From a bacterium (GTDB lineage: Bacteria; Zhuqueibacterota; Zhuqueibacteria; Zhuqueibacterales; Zhuqueibacteraceae), in the NCBI GenBank assembly GCA_044869275.1, contig JBIOXB010000123.1, positions 1-21,742 of the forward strand: 21,742 nt of DNA. Direction: 5' to 3'. The position numbers were made by a program, and so were the translations under genes. Each line of letters opens with the position of its first letter. The first letter of the stretch is position 1. The notes under the pieces are model-generated. The model was not told the DNA's origin. It was given only the letters and a program-made list of their open reading frames with translations, and searched no databases. This document shows positions 1-8,436 of this stretch, piece after piece.

Positions 1-670
1 AATCAGGGAATATTGCTTCTAGATCTTGAGCAACAAACCCATATTGGATTCCGGAAGCCAAGTTCATATGCTGGTATTGCGGGTCTTTGGTGTAATTGAA
101 ACTGATCGGGCGCAGCTTTGTCACCAACGGCAATACCGCTCTCAAAGAATCGATATTCTCCTTCAAATTCTCATCAGAGGGATTTGAAAAAGTGCCGGTG
201 ACCGTAACGTTGCCGCTAAAATATCCTGCGTAGTTTGTAGTGCCACCTGATCCCGAGGCGAGGATTCCATAGATAACAGAACTCCCGCCACTGGCGTTTG
301 CGACAACGCCAGACCTGTTGCCGTTACCCGACGTCGTTGCGGTAGCGGTCAGCCCGATGTATCCTCCAATGAACTCGCCTCCATAACCTTTCCCGGCCAT
401 CGGCACAGATCTTCCATAAACCGCTCTGGCATCATAAGAACCGGTGCCGGTGTATTCTGATCTTATTACTTTGGTGGTGGTGCTGTTTGCATTGGAGGTA
501 AAATAACCGGCGTAAAAGCCGGTATGTTGAACGTGAAGCTTGGAATTGGCGTCCGGGCTGGTTATACCGATTCCAACTTGGCCACTGGTCGTTATCGTCC
601 ATTGGCCCCATGCCATTTGTGTGCTCAAAATCAGCGTAAACAGGGCGGCAATCCATAATTTCCTCTTCAT
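1..670 (-). CDS. Secreted peptidase S74 (chaperone-of-endosialidase / tail-fibre-domain) protein, 3' end beyond window
   Basis: Manual translation from ATG at 670 (SD AAGGAG at 679-684) stays open to the window edge. It reads MKRKLWIAALFTLILSTQMAWG-Q (signal peptide), GQVGIGITSP, a Gly/Ser/Thr-rich beta region, then YAGYFSGNVTVTG..PSDENLKENI..LRPISFNY..YGFVAQDLEAIFPD, matching Peptidase_S74 motifs. Not in the ORF track because it runs off the edge. Confidence 0.88.
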   Translation of the reverse strand, partial: MKRKLWIAALFTLILSTQMAWGQWTITTSGQVGIGITSPDANSKLHVQHTGFYAGYFTSNANSTTTKVIRSEYTGTGSYDARAVYGRSVPMAGKGYGGEFIGGYIGLTATATTSGNGNRSGVVANASGGSSVIYGILASGSGGTTNYAGYFSGNVTVTGTFSNPSDENLKENIDSLRAVLPLVTKLRPISFNYTKDPQYQHMNLASGIQYGFVAQDLEAIFPD

Positions 671-748
671 TGGTTCGTCTCCTTAAGTTGTTTTTGAAGC
701 AATTAACTGTAAGGATGCAAATGTGCAATTCTTATTTCAGCTTCGGAA

Positions 749-786
749 TCGGAAAGAATTGTGGTCGGAAAGAATTGTGGTCGGAA
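749..786. repeat. 16-bp tandem direct repeat (TCGGAAAGAATTGTGG x2 plus partial TCGGAA)
   Basis: Exact copies at 749-764 and 765-780; TCGGAA also at 743-748 and 781-786. Confidence 0.9.
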
Positions 787-814
787 GATAACATTTTTTA
801 ACACCGGATGTCAA
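785..814 (-). promoter_or_regulatory. sigma70-type promoter for the S74 gene
   Basis: Minus strand reads TTGACA (814-809), 18 nt, TATCTT (790-785), with an extended -10 TGn and a T-tract upstream. Confidence 0.6.
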
Positions 815-846
815 GAAAAATTACCAGAAATCATGAAAATTAGAAG

Positions 847-1344
847 TCATATTCTTTTGATCATCGTCAACGAATGGTCGTTTACCGCGAAGATTTCAAA
901 TCCCGGGCGTTGATACAGCCTCACCGCCGGATTCACCGCCGCAACACTCAATGAAATAGCGCGATGGCGTTTTGTTGCTTCTGCCAAGAGCCGCATCAAC
1001 AGCTTCGTTCCAACCCCTTGTCCGCGATATTCCGGCAAAACTGCAATGGATAGTTCCGGCGCTGCGTCATCGACATAACCGTAACCTTTGTTTTCACCAG
1101 TGAGCAAGCGCATCCATACCGCGCCGACAGCCTTGTGCGTGGGAACGGCAACCGCCACGAAGCCGTCATCGTACGGGCGTCCCCAGCTTTCAACATACCG
1201 GCGGAGCGCAGGTTGTTGCACGATCTCGCGGGGGAACAGTTCATTGCCCTGGGAAACATAAATTGCGTGATACAACATATCCCAGAGCAAGGATTCGTTT
1301 GCTGGAACCACGCGGCGGAGGGAAATAACGGCTGGTTTAAGCAA
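847..1344 (-). CDS. GNAT family N-acetyltransferase
   Basis: Acetyl-CoA motif A ELSIAVLPEYRGQGVGTKLL and motif B SLSVAAVNPAVRLYQRPGF. The TTG start is uncertain. Confidence 0.88.
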   Translation of the reverse strand: MLKPAVISLRRVVPANESLLWDMLYHAIYVSQGNELFPREIVQQPALRRYVESWGRPYDDGFVAVAVPTHKAVGAVWMRLLTGENKGYGYVDDAAPELSIAVLPEYRGQGVGTKLLMRLLAEATKRHRAISLSVAAVNPAVRLYQRPGFEIFAVNDHSLTMIKRI

Positions 1345-1362
1345 AATGCAATCCGGCCAGTT

Positions 1363-1839
1363 TTAACCTTGTTTGTTGACCGCAACTTTTTGCCGCACCG
1401 CGCCTAAATGATACGCCACATGCGCGAGCGCGCCAATCGCCTCTCCCATGCACTCCGCGCTGGCGGAAGCATGGGAAACGATGGCTTGCCGCAGCTCCTC
1501 ATATTTGCGCCGCAACTCTTCCTTCATTCTCAACCAATCCGTTTCATTCACCGCGCTGACCCGCCAGCTTTCGCGCCAATCCCGTGGCGCGTGATCGCCT
1601 TGCACCGAGGCGGAGGAAACTCCAAGACCAAAGATAACATGATGAACGTGCGCTGCGATGGAGCTTCCGCCGAGAGGGCGTGAAGCTTCCGCCGCACTTA
1701 ATCTGGCCAGCGTACCGAACAAACCCCCCTCCGCACCGCGATCGGTAAAATAACCCCAGTTCGGCGAAGGGCCCTCGAATGCTTCGCGCAAAACGGCAAG
1801 CAGTTGCTCTATGGCGGTATCTACGGAAATGACTGCCAT
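1363..1839 (-). CDS. DinB/YfiT-like four-helix-bundle protein
   Basis: SIAAHVHHV...HVAYHLGAVRQ His pattern and a W..S helix typical of the DinB superfamily. ATG at 1839 follows a purine-rich AAGGGAA. Confidence 0.78.
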   Translation of the reverse strand: MAVISVDTAIEQLLAVLREAFEGPSPNWGYFTDRGAEGGLFGTLARLSAAEASRPLGGSSIAAHVHHVIFGLGVSSASVQGDHAPRDWRESWRVSAVNETDWLRMKEELRRKYEELRQAIVSHASASAECMGEAIGALAHVAYHLGAVRQKVAVNKQG

Positions 1840-1867
1840 ACACAATTCCCTTCACTTTGAAGTGGCA

Positions 1868-3202
1868 TTACTTTTCCCGCGATCCCGCTATCTGAAACGC
1901 CATCTCCAGGCTTTGGGCATAATTTAAGCGCGGGTCGCAATAGGTGTCATAGTTTGTCGATAAATCTTTCTCCAGCAAGCCCTGTGACCCACCGGTGCAC
2001 TCGGTCACGTCCTCGCCGGTCAATTCGAAATGCACACCGCCGAGCCGGCTTCCGTGGCTGCGATGAATCTCGAAACACTGCCGCAATTCCGAAAGGATTT
2101 GATTAAAATCCCGCGTTTTTATGCCGTTCTCCGTGATCAACATATTGCCGTGCATGGGATCGCAGCACCATAAAACATGCAATTCGAGCCGGCGCACGGC
2201 TTCGATCAGAGGCGGCAGCAGCTGGCTGATTTTGTTCTGCCCGAACCGCGTGATGAGCGTGAGGCGCCCCCATTCATTCAAAGGATTCAGAACGCACAGC
2301 AGATCGACCAATTCTTCCGGGCTGCACGCCGGACCGATTTTGACCGCGATGGGGTTGCCGAGGCCGCGAAAATATTCCACGTGCGCGCCGTCGAGCTGCC
2401 GCGTGCGGTCGCCGATCCACAACGTATGCGCGCCAAGATTATAGTATTTTGCGCGGCGCAAATCGTAATGGGTGAGCGCCTCTTCGTAAGGCAAGAGCAG
2501 GCCCTCGTGGGATGTAAAAAAGTTGATCTTGCCCAGCACGCCCTCTCTCACTCCGCCGAGTGATTCCAGGAATTGCACCGCGTCGGAGATGCGTTCGACC
2601 ACTTGCAGATACTCTTTTTTGCGCCCGCTTTTGGAGAAAGATTCCAATTGCCAGTTTTCGGGATGATGCAGGTCGGCAAAACCGCCCTCGATGAGCGCGC
2701 GAATGTAATTGATGGTCGCGGAGGAATGATAATAACTTTTCAGCAGGCGCCGGGGATCGGGCATGCGCGCCGCCGGGTCCGGCTCGAAGGAATTGATACT
2801 GTCGCCGCGGTACACCGGTATTTCACGGCCGTCGACGACTTCGAAATCAACCGAGCGCGGCTTGGCGTACTGTCCGGCAATGCGGCCGACGCGAATGATG
2901 GGCTGGCGCAAGCCGTAAGTCAGCACCAGGCTCATTTGCAGCAGAATTTTGAGCTTGTTGATAATGGCTTGATTCGTGCAATCTTTGAAGCGCTCCGCAC
3001 AATCTCCCCCCTGCAACAAAAAGCGGCGACCCTGAGCGGCTTCCGCCACCATTTGCTTGAGATATTCCACTTCGCCGGCGAACACCAGCGAAGGATAGCG
3101 CCGCAATTGCGCAAGCGTTTGGTCCAAAAGTCGTGGATCCGTGTAGCTTGGCTGTTGCCGAATCGGATACTTCTTCCAACTGGCCGGCGACCATACTTCC
3201 AT
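1868..3202 (-). CDS. Class II 3-deoxy-D-arabino-heptulosonate 7-phosphate (DAHP) synthase
   Basis: Motifs LLQGGDCAE, GRIAGQYAKPRS, YRGDSIN, LWIGDRTRQLDGAH, CDPMHGN, GGVHFELTG, CDPRLN (DAHP_synth_2). Start moved to ATG 3202 because it has a GGAG SD and ATG 3235 lies upstream of the predicted TSS. Confidence 0.96.
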   Translation of the reverse strand: MEVWSPASWKKYPIRQQPSYTDPRLLDQTLAQLRRYPSLVFAGEVEYLKQMVAEAAQGRRFLLQGGDCAERFKDCTNQAIINKLKILLQMSLVLTYGLRQPIIRVGRIAGQYAKPRSVDFEVVDGREIPVYRGDSINSFEPDPAARMPDPRRLLKSYYHSSATINYIRALIEGGFADLHHPENWQLESFSKSGRKKEYLQVVERISDAVQFLESLGGVREGVLGKINFFTSHEGLLLPYEEALTHYDLRRAKYYNLGAHTLWIGDRTRQLDGAHVEYFRGLGNPIAVKIGPACSPEELVDLLCVLNPLNEWGRLTLITRFGQNKISQLLPPLIEAVRRLELHVLWCCDPMHGNMLITENGIKTRDFNQILSELRQCFEIHRSHGSRLGGVHFELTGEDVTECTGGSQGLLEKDLSTNYDTYCDPRLNYAQSLEMAFQIAGSREK

Positions 3203-3237
3203 GAAACAACTCCGAGGTGAACTCCAGTTTCTCATGG

Positions 3238-3266
3238 ATTATACTGAATGCAACTTCCGATGTCAA
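3238..3266 (-). promoter_or_regulatory. Perfect-consensus sigma70 promoter for the DAHP synthase operon
   Basis: Minus strand TTGACA (3266-3261), 17 nt, TATAAT (3243-3238). Confidence 0.85.
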
Positions 3267-3361
3267 GCCTTGGTATATTCGCCCTTGTATTCTCACCGCA
3301 ATTGCCTTACATTCGCGCAAGTTAAATTCCACGCGGATTTCAATACCAAGGAGGACTTCTC

Positions 3362-4225
<864 letters not shown>

Positions 4226-4253
4226 GGAAGCCGGAAGAGGCGGGGGATGATTA

Positions 4254-4324
4254 AGAATTTCCAATTGCCAATTGATAATTGACAATTGACGATTGACAAT
4301 TGACAATTTGCAGTATTGCAGTAG
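4254..4324. repeat. Degenerate heptamer tandem array (consensus ACAATTG, 7-8 units)
   Basis: AGAATTT CCAATTG CCAATTG ATAATTG ACAATTG ACGATTG ACAATTG ACAATTT, followed by GCAGTATT GCAGTAG. Confidence 0.85.
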
Positions 4325-4361
4325 AGCCAGCAACCCACTTTGCATGTCATTCTGGAAGAAT

Positions 4362-4480
4362 CAGTCTGTGTGAAAACGCTTGGTTTCAACGCAGGCTGAG
4401 CTTGTCGAAGCCTGATTTTTGAACTGAGCACCCTTCGACTGCGCTCAGGGCGCGGCCTTCCCGAGTTTTCACACAGGCTG
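4362..4480. mobile_element. MITE-like element, copy 1 (IS1182-like ends)
   Basis: 119 bp; terminal inverted repeats CAGTCTGTGTGAAAAC / GTTTTCACACAGGCTG (15/16 match); flanked by AAT (or GAATC if the ends are drawn 1 bp inward); no transposase. Confidence 0.75.
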
Positions 4481-4483
4481 AAT

Positions 4484-4602
4484 CAGTCTGTGTGAAAACG
4501 CTTGGTTTCAACGCAGGCTGAGCTTGTCGAAGCCTGATTTTTAAACTGAGCACCCTTCGACTGCGCTCAGGGTGCGGCCTTCCCGAGTTTTCACACAGGC
4601 TG
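4484..4602. mobile_element. MITE-like element, copy 2 (tandem, same orientation)
   Basis: 119 bp, 122-bp period. Differs from copy 1 at two positions (4421G/4543A; 4451C/4573T). Same flanking duplication. Confidence 0.75.
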
Positions 4603-4744
4603 AATCTTCCTAAGCACTGGGCACCGCCCCTGACAGAACAATAATTCCAGTGCGAGGGAAGATTCCAACGGAATGACATTGCCGTTTTTTTTGAGGCTTG
4701 TATTTCTCCCTGTCGTGTCAGCCATTCGAATAATAGAATCGCAC

Positions 4745-5857
4745 ATGGAACGAGTTGATATTTGCATCGTTGGCGCCGGACCGGCGGGCATCGCGACCGC
4801 CGCGGCGCTGATTCAAAAGCGGCCGGCTTGGCGGGATCGGATTTTAGTTTTGGAAAAATTCCGGCATCCGCGTTACAAAGTTTGCGGGGGAGGATTGACG
4901 CCCTGGGTGGATGAAATCCTGCGTGAGCTGGAGCTGGAGGCCGAAGTGCCGACTCTTCACGTGAAGCGCGTGCAGATCTGCCTCGCCTCCAAGCCGCTGG
5001 CATTCGACATTCCCGGCATCATGCGCACGGTGCGCCGCAACGAATTCGATGCGGCGCTGGCGGCATCGCTCAAGCGCAAAGGCGTGCGCGTGCTCGAAAA
5101 TGCCCCGGTGCTGGCCGCCGCCGGCCAGGAGGAGGGTATTTGGTTGAAAACGCCGGCCGGTGAGTTTTTTGCAAAAGCCCTGGTGGGCGCGGACGGCGCG
5201 AAGAGCTTCATCCGCCGGCAGTTTTTTCGCGAATCGGTTTCACGCGTGTCGCGCTTGCTCGAAGTCCTGGTGCCGGCTCGCAACGGCGCGCAGGAGTTTT
5301 TCGAAAAACAAACCGCGCGCATTGACTTTCGCCCGATGCGCGACGGTTTGCAGGGTTACGTCTGGGAGTTTCCCTGCTGGCACGAAGGCCAGCCTTTTTT
5401 CAACGTCGGCCTGTTCGATAGCCGGATTCATGACGATGAGGACCTGCCGCGCGCGGATTTGCCCGGCTTGCTGCAGCGCCATCTCACGGCACGCGGGTAT
5501 GATGCGGACGCCGCCCTCCTGGGGCATCCCGAACGCTGGTATCATTTCGCCGATTGCTTCAACACGCCGCGCGTTTTGCTGGCCGGCGAGGCCGCGGGCA
5601 TTGAGCCGTGGCTGGGGGAAGGCATCTCCGCCGCGATGGCCTACGGCCCGGTTGCGGCAGAGACCATCATTCATGCCGTGGAAGCAAACGACTTTTCTTT
5701 TTCGGAATATTCCTCCCGCATTCGCTCTCACCGTCTGGGCAAGTTCCTGCGCCGCAATCGTATGATTGCCACACTCTTCTATCACCGGCGCCTGCAAGCG
5801 ATGCTGCCGGTTTTTGGGCGGTTCTTGCAAGGCTATATGAGGCTCAAGCACAAATAA
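4745..5857 (+). CDS. FAD-dependent oxidoreductase, geranylgeranyl reductase family
   Basis: DICIVGAGPAG dinucleotide fold, PRYKVCGGGL, RNEFD, LVGADGAKS, GYVWEFP, LLAGEAAGIEPWLGEGISAA. Start placed at ATG 4745, just before the Rossmann motif. Confidence 0.88.
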   Translation: MERVDICIVGAGPAGIATAAALIQKRPAWRDRILVLEKFRHPRYKVCGGGLTPWVDEILRELELEAEVPTLHVKRVQICLASKPLAFDIPGIMRTVRRNEFDAALAASLKRKGVRVLENAPVLAAAGQEEGIWLKTPAGEFFAKALVGADGAKSFIRRQFFRESVSRVSRLLEVLVPARNGAQEFFEKQTARIDFRPMRDGLQGYVWEFPCWHEGQPFFNVGLFDSRIHDDEDLPRADLPGLLQRHLTARGYDADAALLGHPERWYHFADCFNTPRVLLAGEAAGIEPWLGEGISAAMAYGPVAAETIIHAVEANDFSFSEYSSRIRSHRLGKFLRRNRMIATLFYHRRLQAMLPVFGRFLQGYMRLKHK

Positions 5858-6175
5858 AGATGCGAAGCCGGTCTCGCCTGCAGCCACTCCGCCCGCGGCA
5901 GAGTTGTAACCTGTACCAAAGTCATATCATCCCTCCGCCTCTCCCTCTCCTCACCAGTGCCTCCCCTTCGCGCCGCATTGTGATGTCTGCCTGACAATCT
6001 CATCCTTGGGCGAGTTGCAGCGTGTTCCCTTTGCTCAAGGGGAGCAGTTCTCGTTGCAAATTCTCTACATTGAACTGCGCTACTTTCCTGGCATGAGTAC
6101 GCATTCCCCGCGCATGGCTGTATATATTGATCGATAAATAGCTGGAAGGATTTACATTTTAGCTTGCGCGATCTC

Positions 6176-7015
6176 ATGAATTCACACAGCAAAAACATTC
6201 AAGAGATGATCGTTCATCTCTGCCGGCAGTTCCGTGAGGCGTTTGGCGCCTCGTACTGCCGCATTGCGCTCTTGCCGGAGGCGGCGAAAGCTGCGGCGAG
6301 CGGAGTGGCGAACCCCGCCACCAACCCTGCGCTTGCGGCCGATGAGAATGTGACGGTGATACCCTGCGAGGGGGCCGGCAACGATTATTTGGCGCTGTCG
6401 CGCCCCAACGGGAATGAGGCAGACAAATTGAACGCGCCACAAACGGACATGGTCGCGAATGTTGCCAGCGCGTGCCGCAAACCGAAGCCGGTGCTGCGAT
6501 TTTATCTGCAACAATCGAGTGACGCGACACCGCGGTCTGCTATGGCAGCATTTTTGGATTTGGCTTTCGCCTCACCGCGGCAATTCAGCGCCTCCGAAGT
6601 GATGGCCATGATGGTCATGGTCGAAATGACCAAATCCGTGCTCGCCGCGGCGTGGGCGCGCCAGACGCAAGCCACCTCCGCGGAGCAAGTGGCGGGAAAA
6701 TTGCAGAACAATCTTTTCGGCCTGCCGTTTTTGGAAGCCAAAAAGCAGTGGATCGACGCGTTTGAAGAAGAGTACCTGCGGCAGCAGTTGATGAAGTACT
6801 ACGGTAACATCTCTAAAGCGGCGCGCGCGGCCCGCATCAGCCGCTACACTCTGTATGCGCTGCTGAACAAATTTCAATTCTCGGCGCGCACGTTCAAAAG
6901 GTCCAAGATTTCGCGCAGCGCCGCCAAAGCTTCCTTGCACGCCGCCGTCGCTGCGAATGGTGCGTCGGGCTCGGAAACGGCGAATGCCGGAGCGGCTGCC
7001 AATCAATCCGCGTGA
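6176..7015 (+). CDS. Fis-type HTH regulator with degenerate GAF-like N-terminus and no AAA+ domain
   Basis: C-terminal PFLEAKKQWIDAFEEEYLRQQLMKYYGNISKAARAARISRYTLYALLNKF matches the HTH_8 tail of NtrC-family proteins. FLDLAFASPRQFSASEV resembles a GAF C-terminal end. No Walker A or GAFTGA. Confidence 0.7.
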   Translation: MNSHSKNIQEMIVHLCRQFREAFGASYCRIALLPEAAKAAASGVANPATNPALAADENVTVIPCEGAGNDYLALSRPNGNEADKLNAPQTDMVANVASACRKPKPVLRFYLQQSSDATPRSAMAAFLDLAFASPRQFSASEVMAMMVMVEMTKSVLAAAWARQTQATSAEQVAGKLQNNLFGLPFLEAKKQWIDAFEEEYLRQQLMKYYGNISKAARAARISRYTLYALLNKFQFSARTFKRSKISRSAAKASLHAAVAANGASGSETANAGAAANQSA

Positions 7016-7355
7016 GCGCCGGTGCGCGATGCCGGTCGTGGTTTTGTGCGGCACGCCTGGCAACGCTCCTGCTCGCGTTTGCGGCCGCGCTGGAAACGGG
7101 ATTACGCCAATAATGTCAGCCGCGTGTATAAATCGGTAATGCATGAGCAGTAAAGCTTGAGCGATATCAGACCACCTCAATCCATCTCAAGAAAAGTCCC
7201 TGGCAGCGCGCGCAAGCGCCGGCCAGTAGAATCACGGCAGAGTATTGCTGCCAGCGCCGCGCCTGAAACTTGAACAAAAAGAGGCGGGCCGCGGCAGTGG
7301 CATCGTCAGGTGGGAACCACCACTCTTGCGAGTCATTGAAACCGGAGTTGCTAAG

Positions 7356-8357
7356 ATGAAAGAGGCGAGTTTGGTTGAGCAGCGTCTGGGACGCTCACCT
7401 TTGGACCTCGCGTCCAGGAACGGCACCTCTCACTCTCTCGATCGCGCTTACGGGAGGGACGATAAAATCGTGCGGCCCAACGGCCGTCTCGCCGGACCGC
7501 ACACTTTACAGCAGCCTCTATTCAGGAATCTCAAGGCCGCGAGGAAAGCGACTTTATTCGAGCGCGCCTGGGGCAAGGCGGTTTTGTCGCCTTTTTTCCT
7601 GTTCAGCGCGCTCTTCGTCACTCTGTTCGTGCCGGAGAAGCTCGTAAAGAAAATCACCGCGCCGTTCTCCGGCATCAATTTCTGGGAACAATTTGGCAAG
7701 CGCGCGTTCGACGTGGTGATGGCGACTTTGGGATTTATCTTGACTTCGACCATCTTTTTGTTTGTGCCGGTGCTCATCAAGCTGGATTCCTCCGGACCGG
7801 TGTTTTACGGCCAGCAACGCGCCGGGCTGAACAAGCGCCGGCGCGAACGCCGGAACGTCAACCTGGCCGTGCGTTATGATCGCCGCCGGGGCGAACGCCG
7901 CCAAGAGAATTTGTTTGGCCGGCCTTTCACGGTGTATAAGTTCCGCACCATGGGCGCCGACGCTGAAAAACACAGCGGTGCCGTGTGGGCGCAAAAAAAC
8001 GATCCGCGCATTACACGCTCGGGTTCTATATTACGTTTTACGCACGTCGATGAAATCCCGCAATTCTTAAACGTCTTGCAGGGCGAGATGAGCATGGTTG
8101 GCCCGCGCCCGGAGCGGCCGCAGCTTATTCCCAAGCTCGCGGAGGCCATCCCGGAATATGAACAGCGCTTGGAAGTCAAGCCGGGCATGACGGGCATTGC
8201 GCAGATCTACTGCGGTTATGATGCCACCATCGACGACGTGCGTAAAAAAGTGCAGTACGACTTGCGCTACGTCAATAATCATTCGTTGAAAGCCGATATT
8301 TTGATTTTGTGGCAAACGTTATGGATGATTATTCGCGGGCGAGAAACGGCAGATTGA
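7356..8357 (+). CDS. Priming sugar transferase (polyprenyl-phosphate glycosylphosphotransferase, Bac_transf; WcaJ/EpsL-like)
   Basis: KRAFD + TM helix + IKLDSSGPVFY, FTVYKFRTM, DPRIT, DEIPQFLNVLQGEMSMVGPRPE, KPGMTGIAQ, YDLRY. GGAG SD before ATG 7356. Confidence 0.93.
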   Translation: MKEASLVEQRLGRSPLDLASRNGTSHSLDRAYGRDDKIVRPNGRLAGPHTLQQPLFRNLKAARKATLFERAWGKAVLSPFFLFSALFVTLFVPEKLVKKITAPFSGINFWEQFGKRAFDVVMATLGFILTSTIFLFVPVLIKLDSSGPVFYGQQRAGLNKRRRERRNVNLAVRYDRRRGERRQENLFGRPFTVYKFRTMGADAEKHSGAVWAQKNDPRITRSGSILRFTHVDEIPQFLNVLQGEMSMVGPRPERPQLIPKLAEAIPEYEQRLEVKPGMTGIAQIYCGYDATIDDVRKKVQYDLRYVNNHSLKADILILWQTLWMIIRGRETAD

Positions 8358-8436
8358 GGGCTGAGCACATGATTATCTACCCCTTTGGCAAGAAGCCGAG
8401 GACATCGAGAGTATCGAGCATGGAGGTTCAGAAGAT

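Noticed and set aside
432..728. 98-aa minus-strand ORF from the track
   Set aside because: Out-of-frame overlap with the S74 gene, which has the SD, signal peptide and recognisable motifs.
4358..4606. CRISPR array interpretation of the tandem repeat
   Set aside because: The units are near-identical over their whole length, with no unique spacers and no cas genes.
7058..7073. sigma54 promoter TGGCAACGCTCCTGCT
   Set aside because: GG-N10-GC spacing is right, but there are three mismatches to consensus in GC-rich DNA. Other candidates (~6089, ~7235) have wrong spacing.
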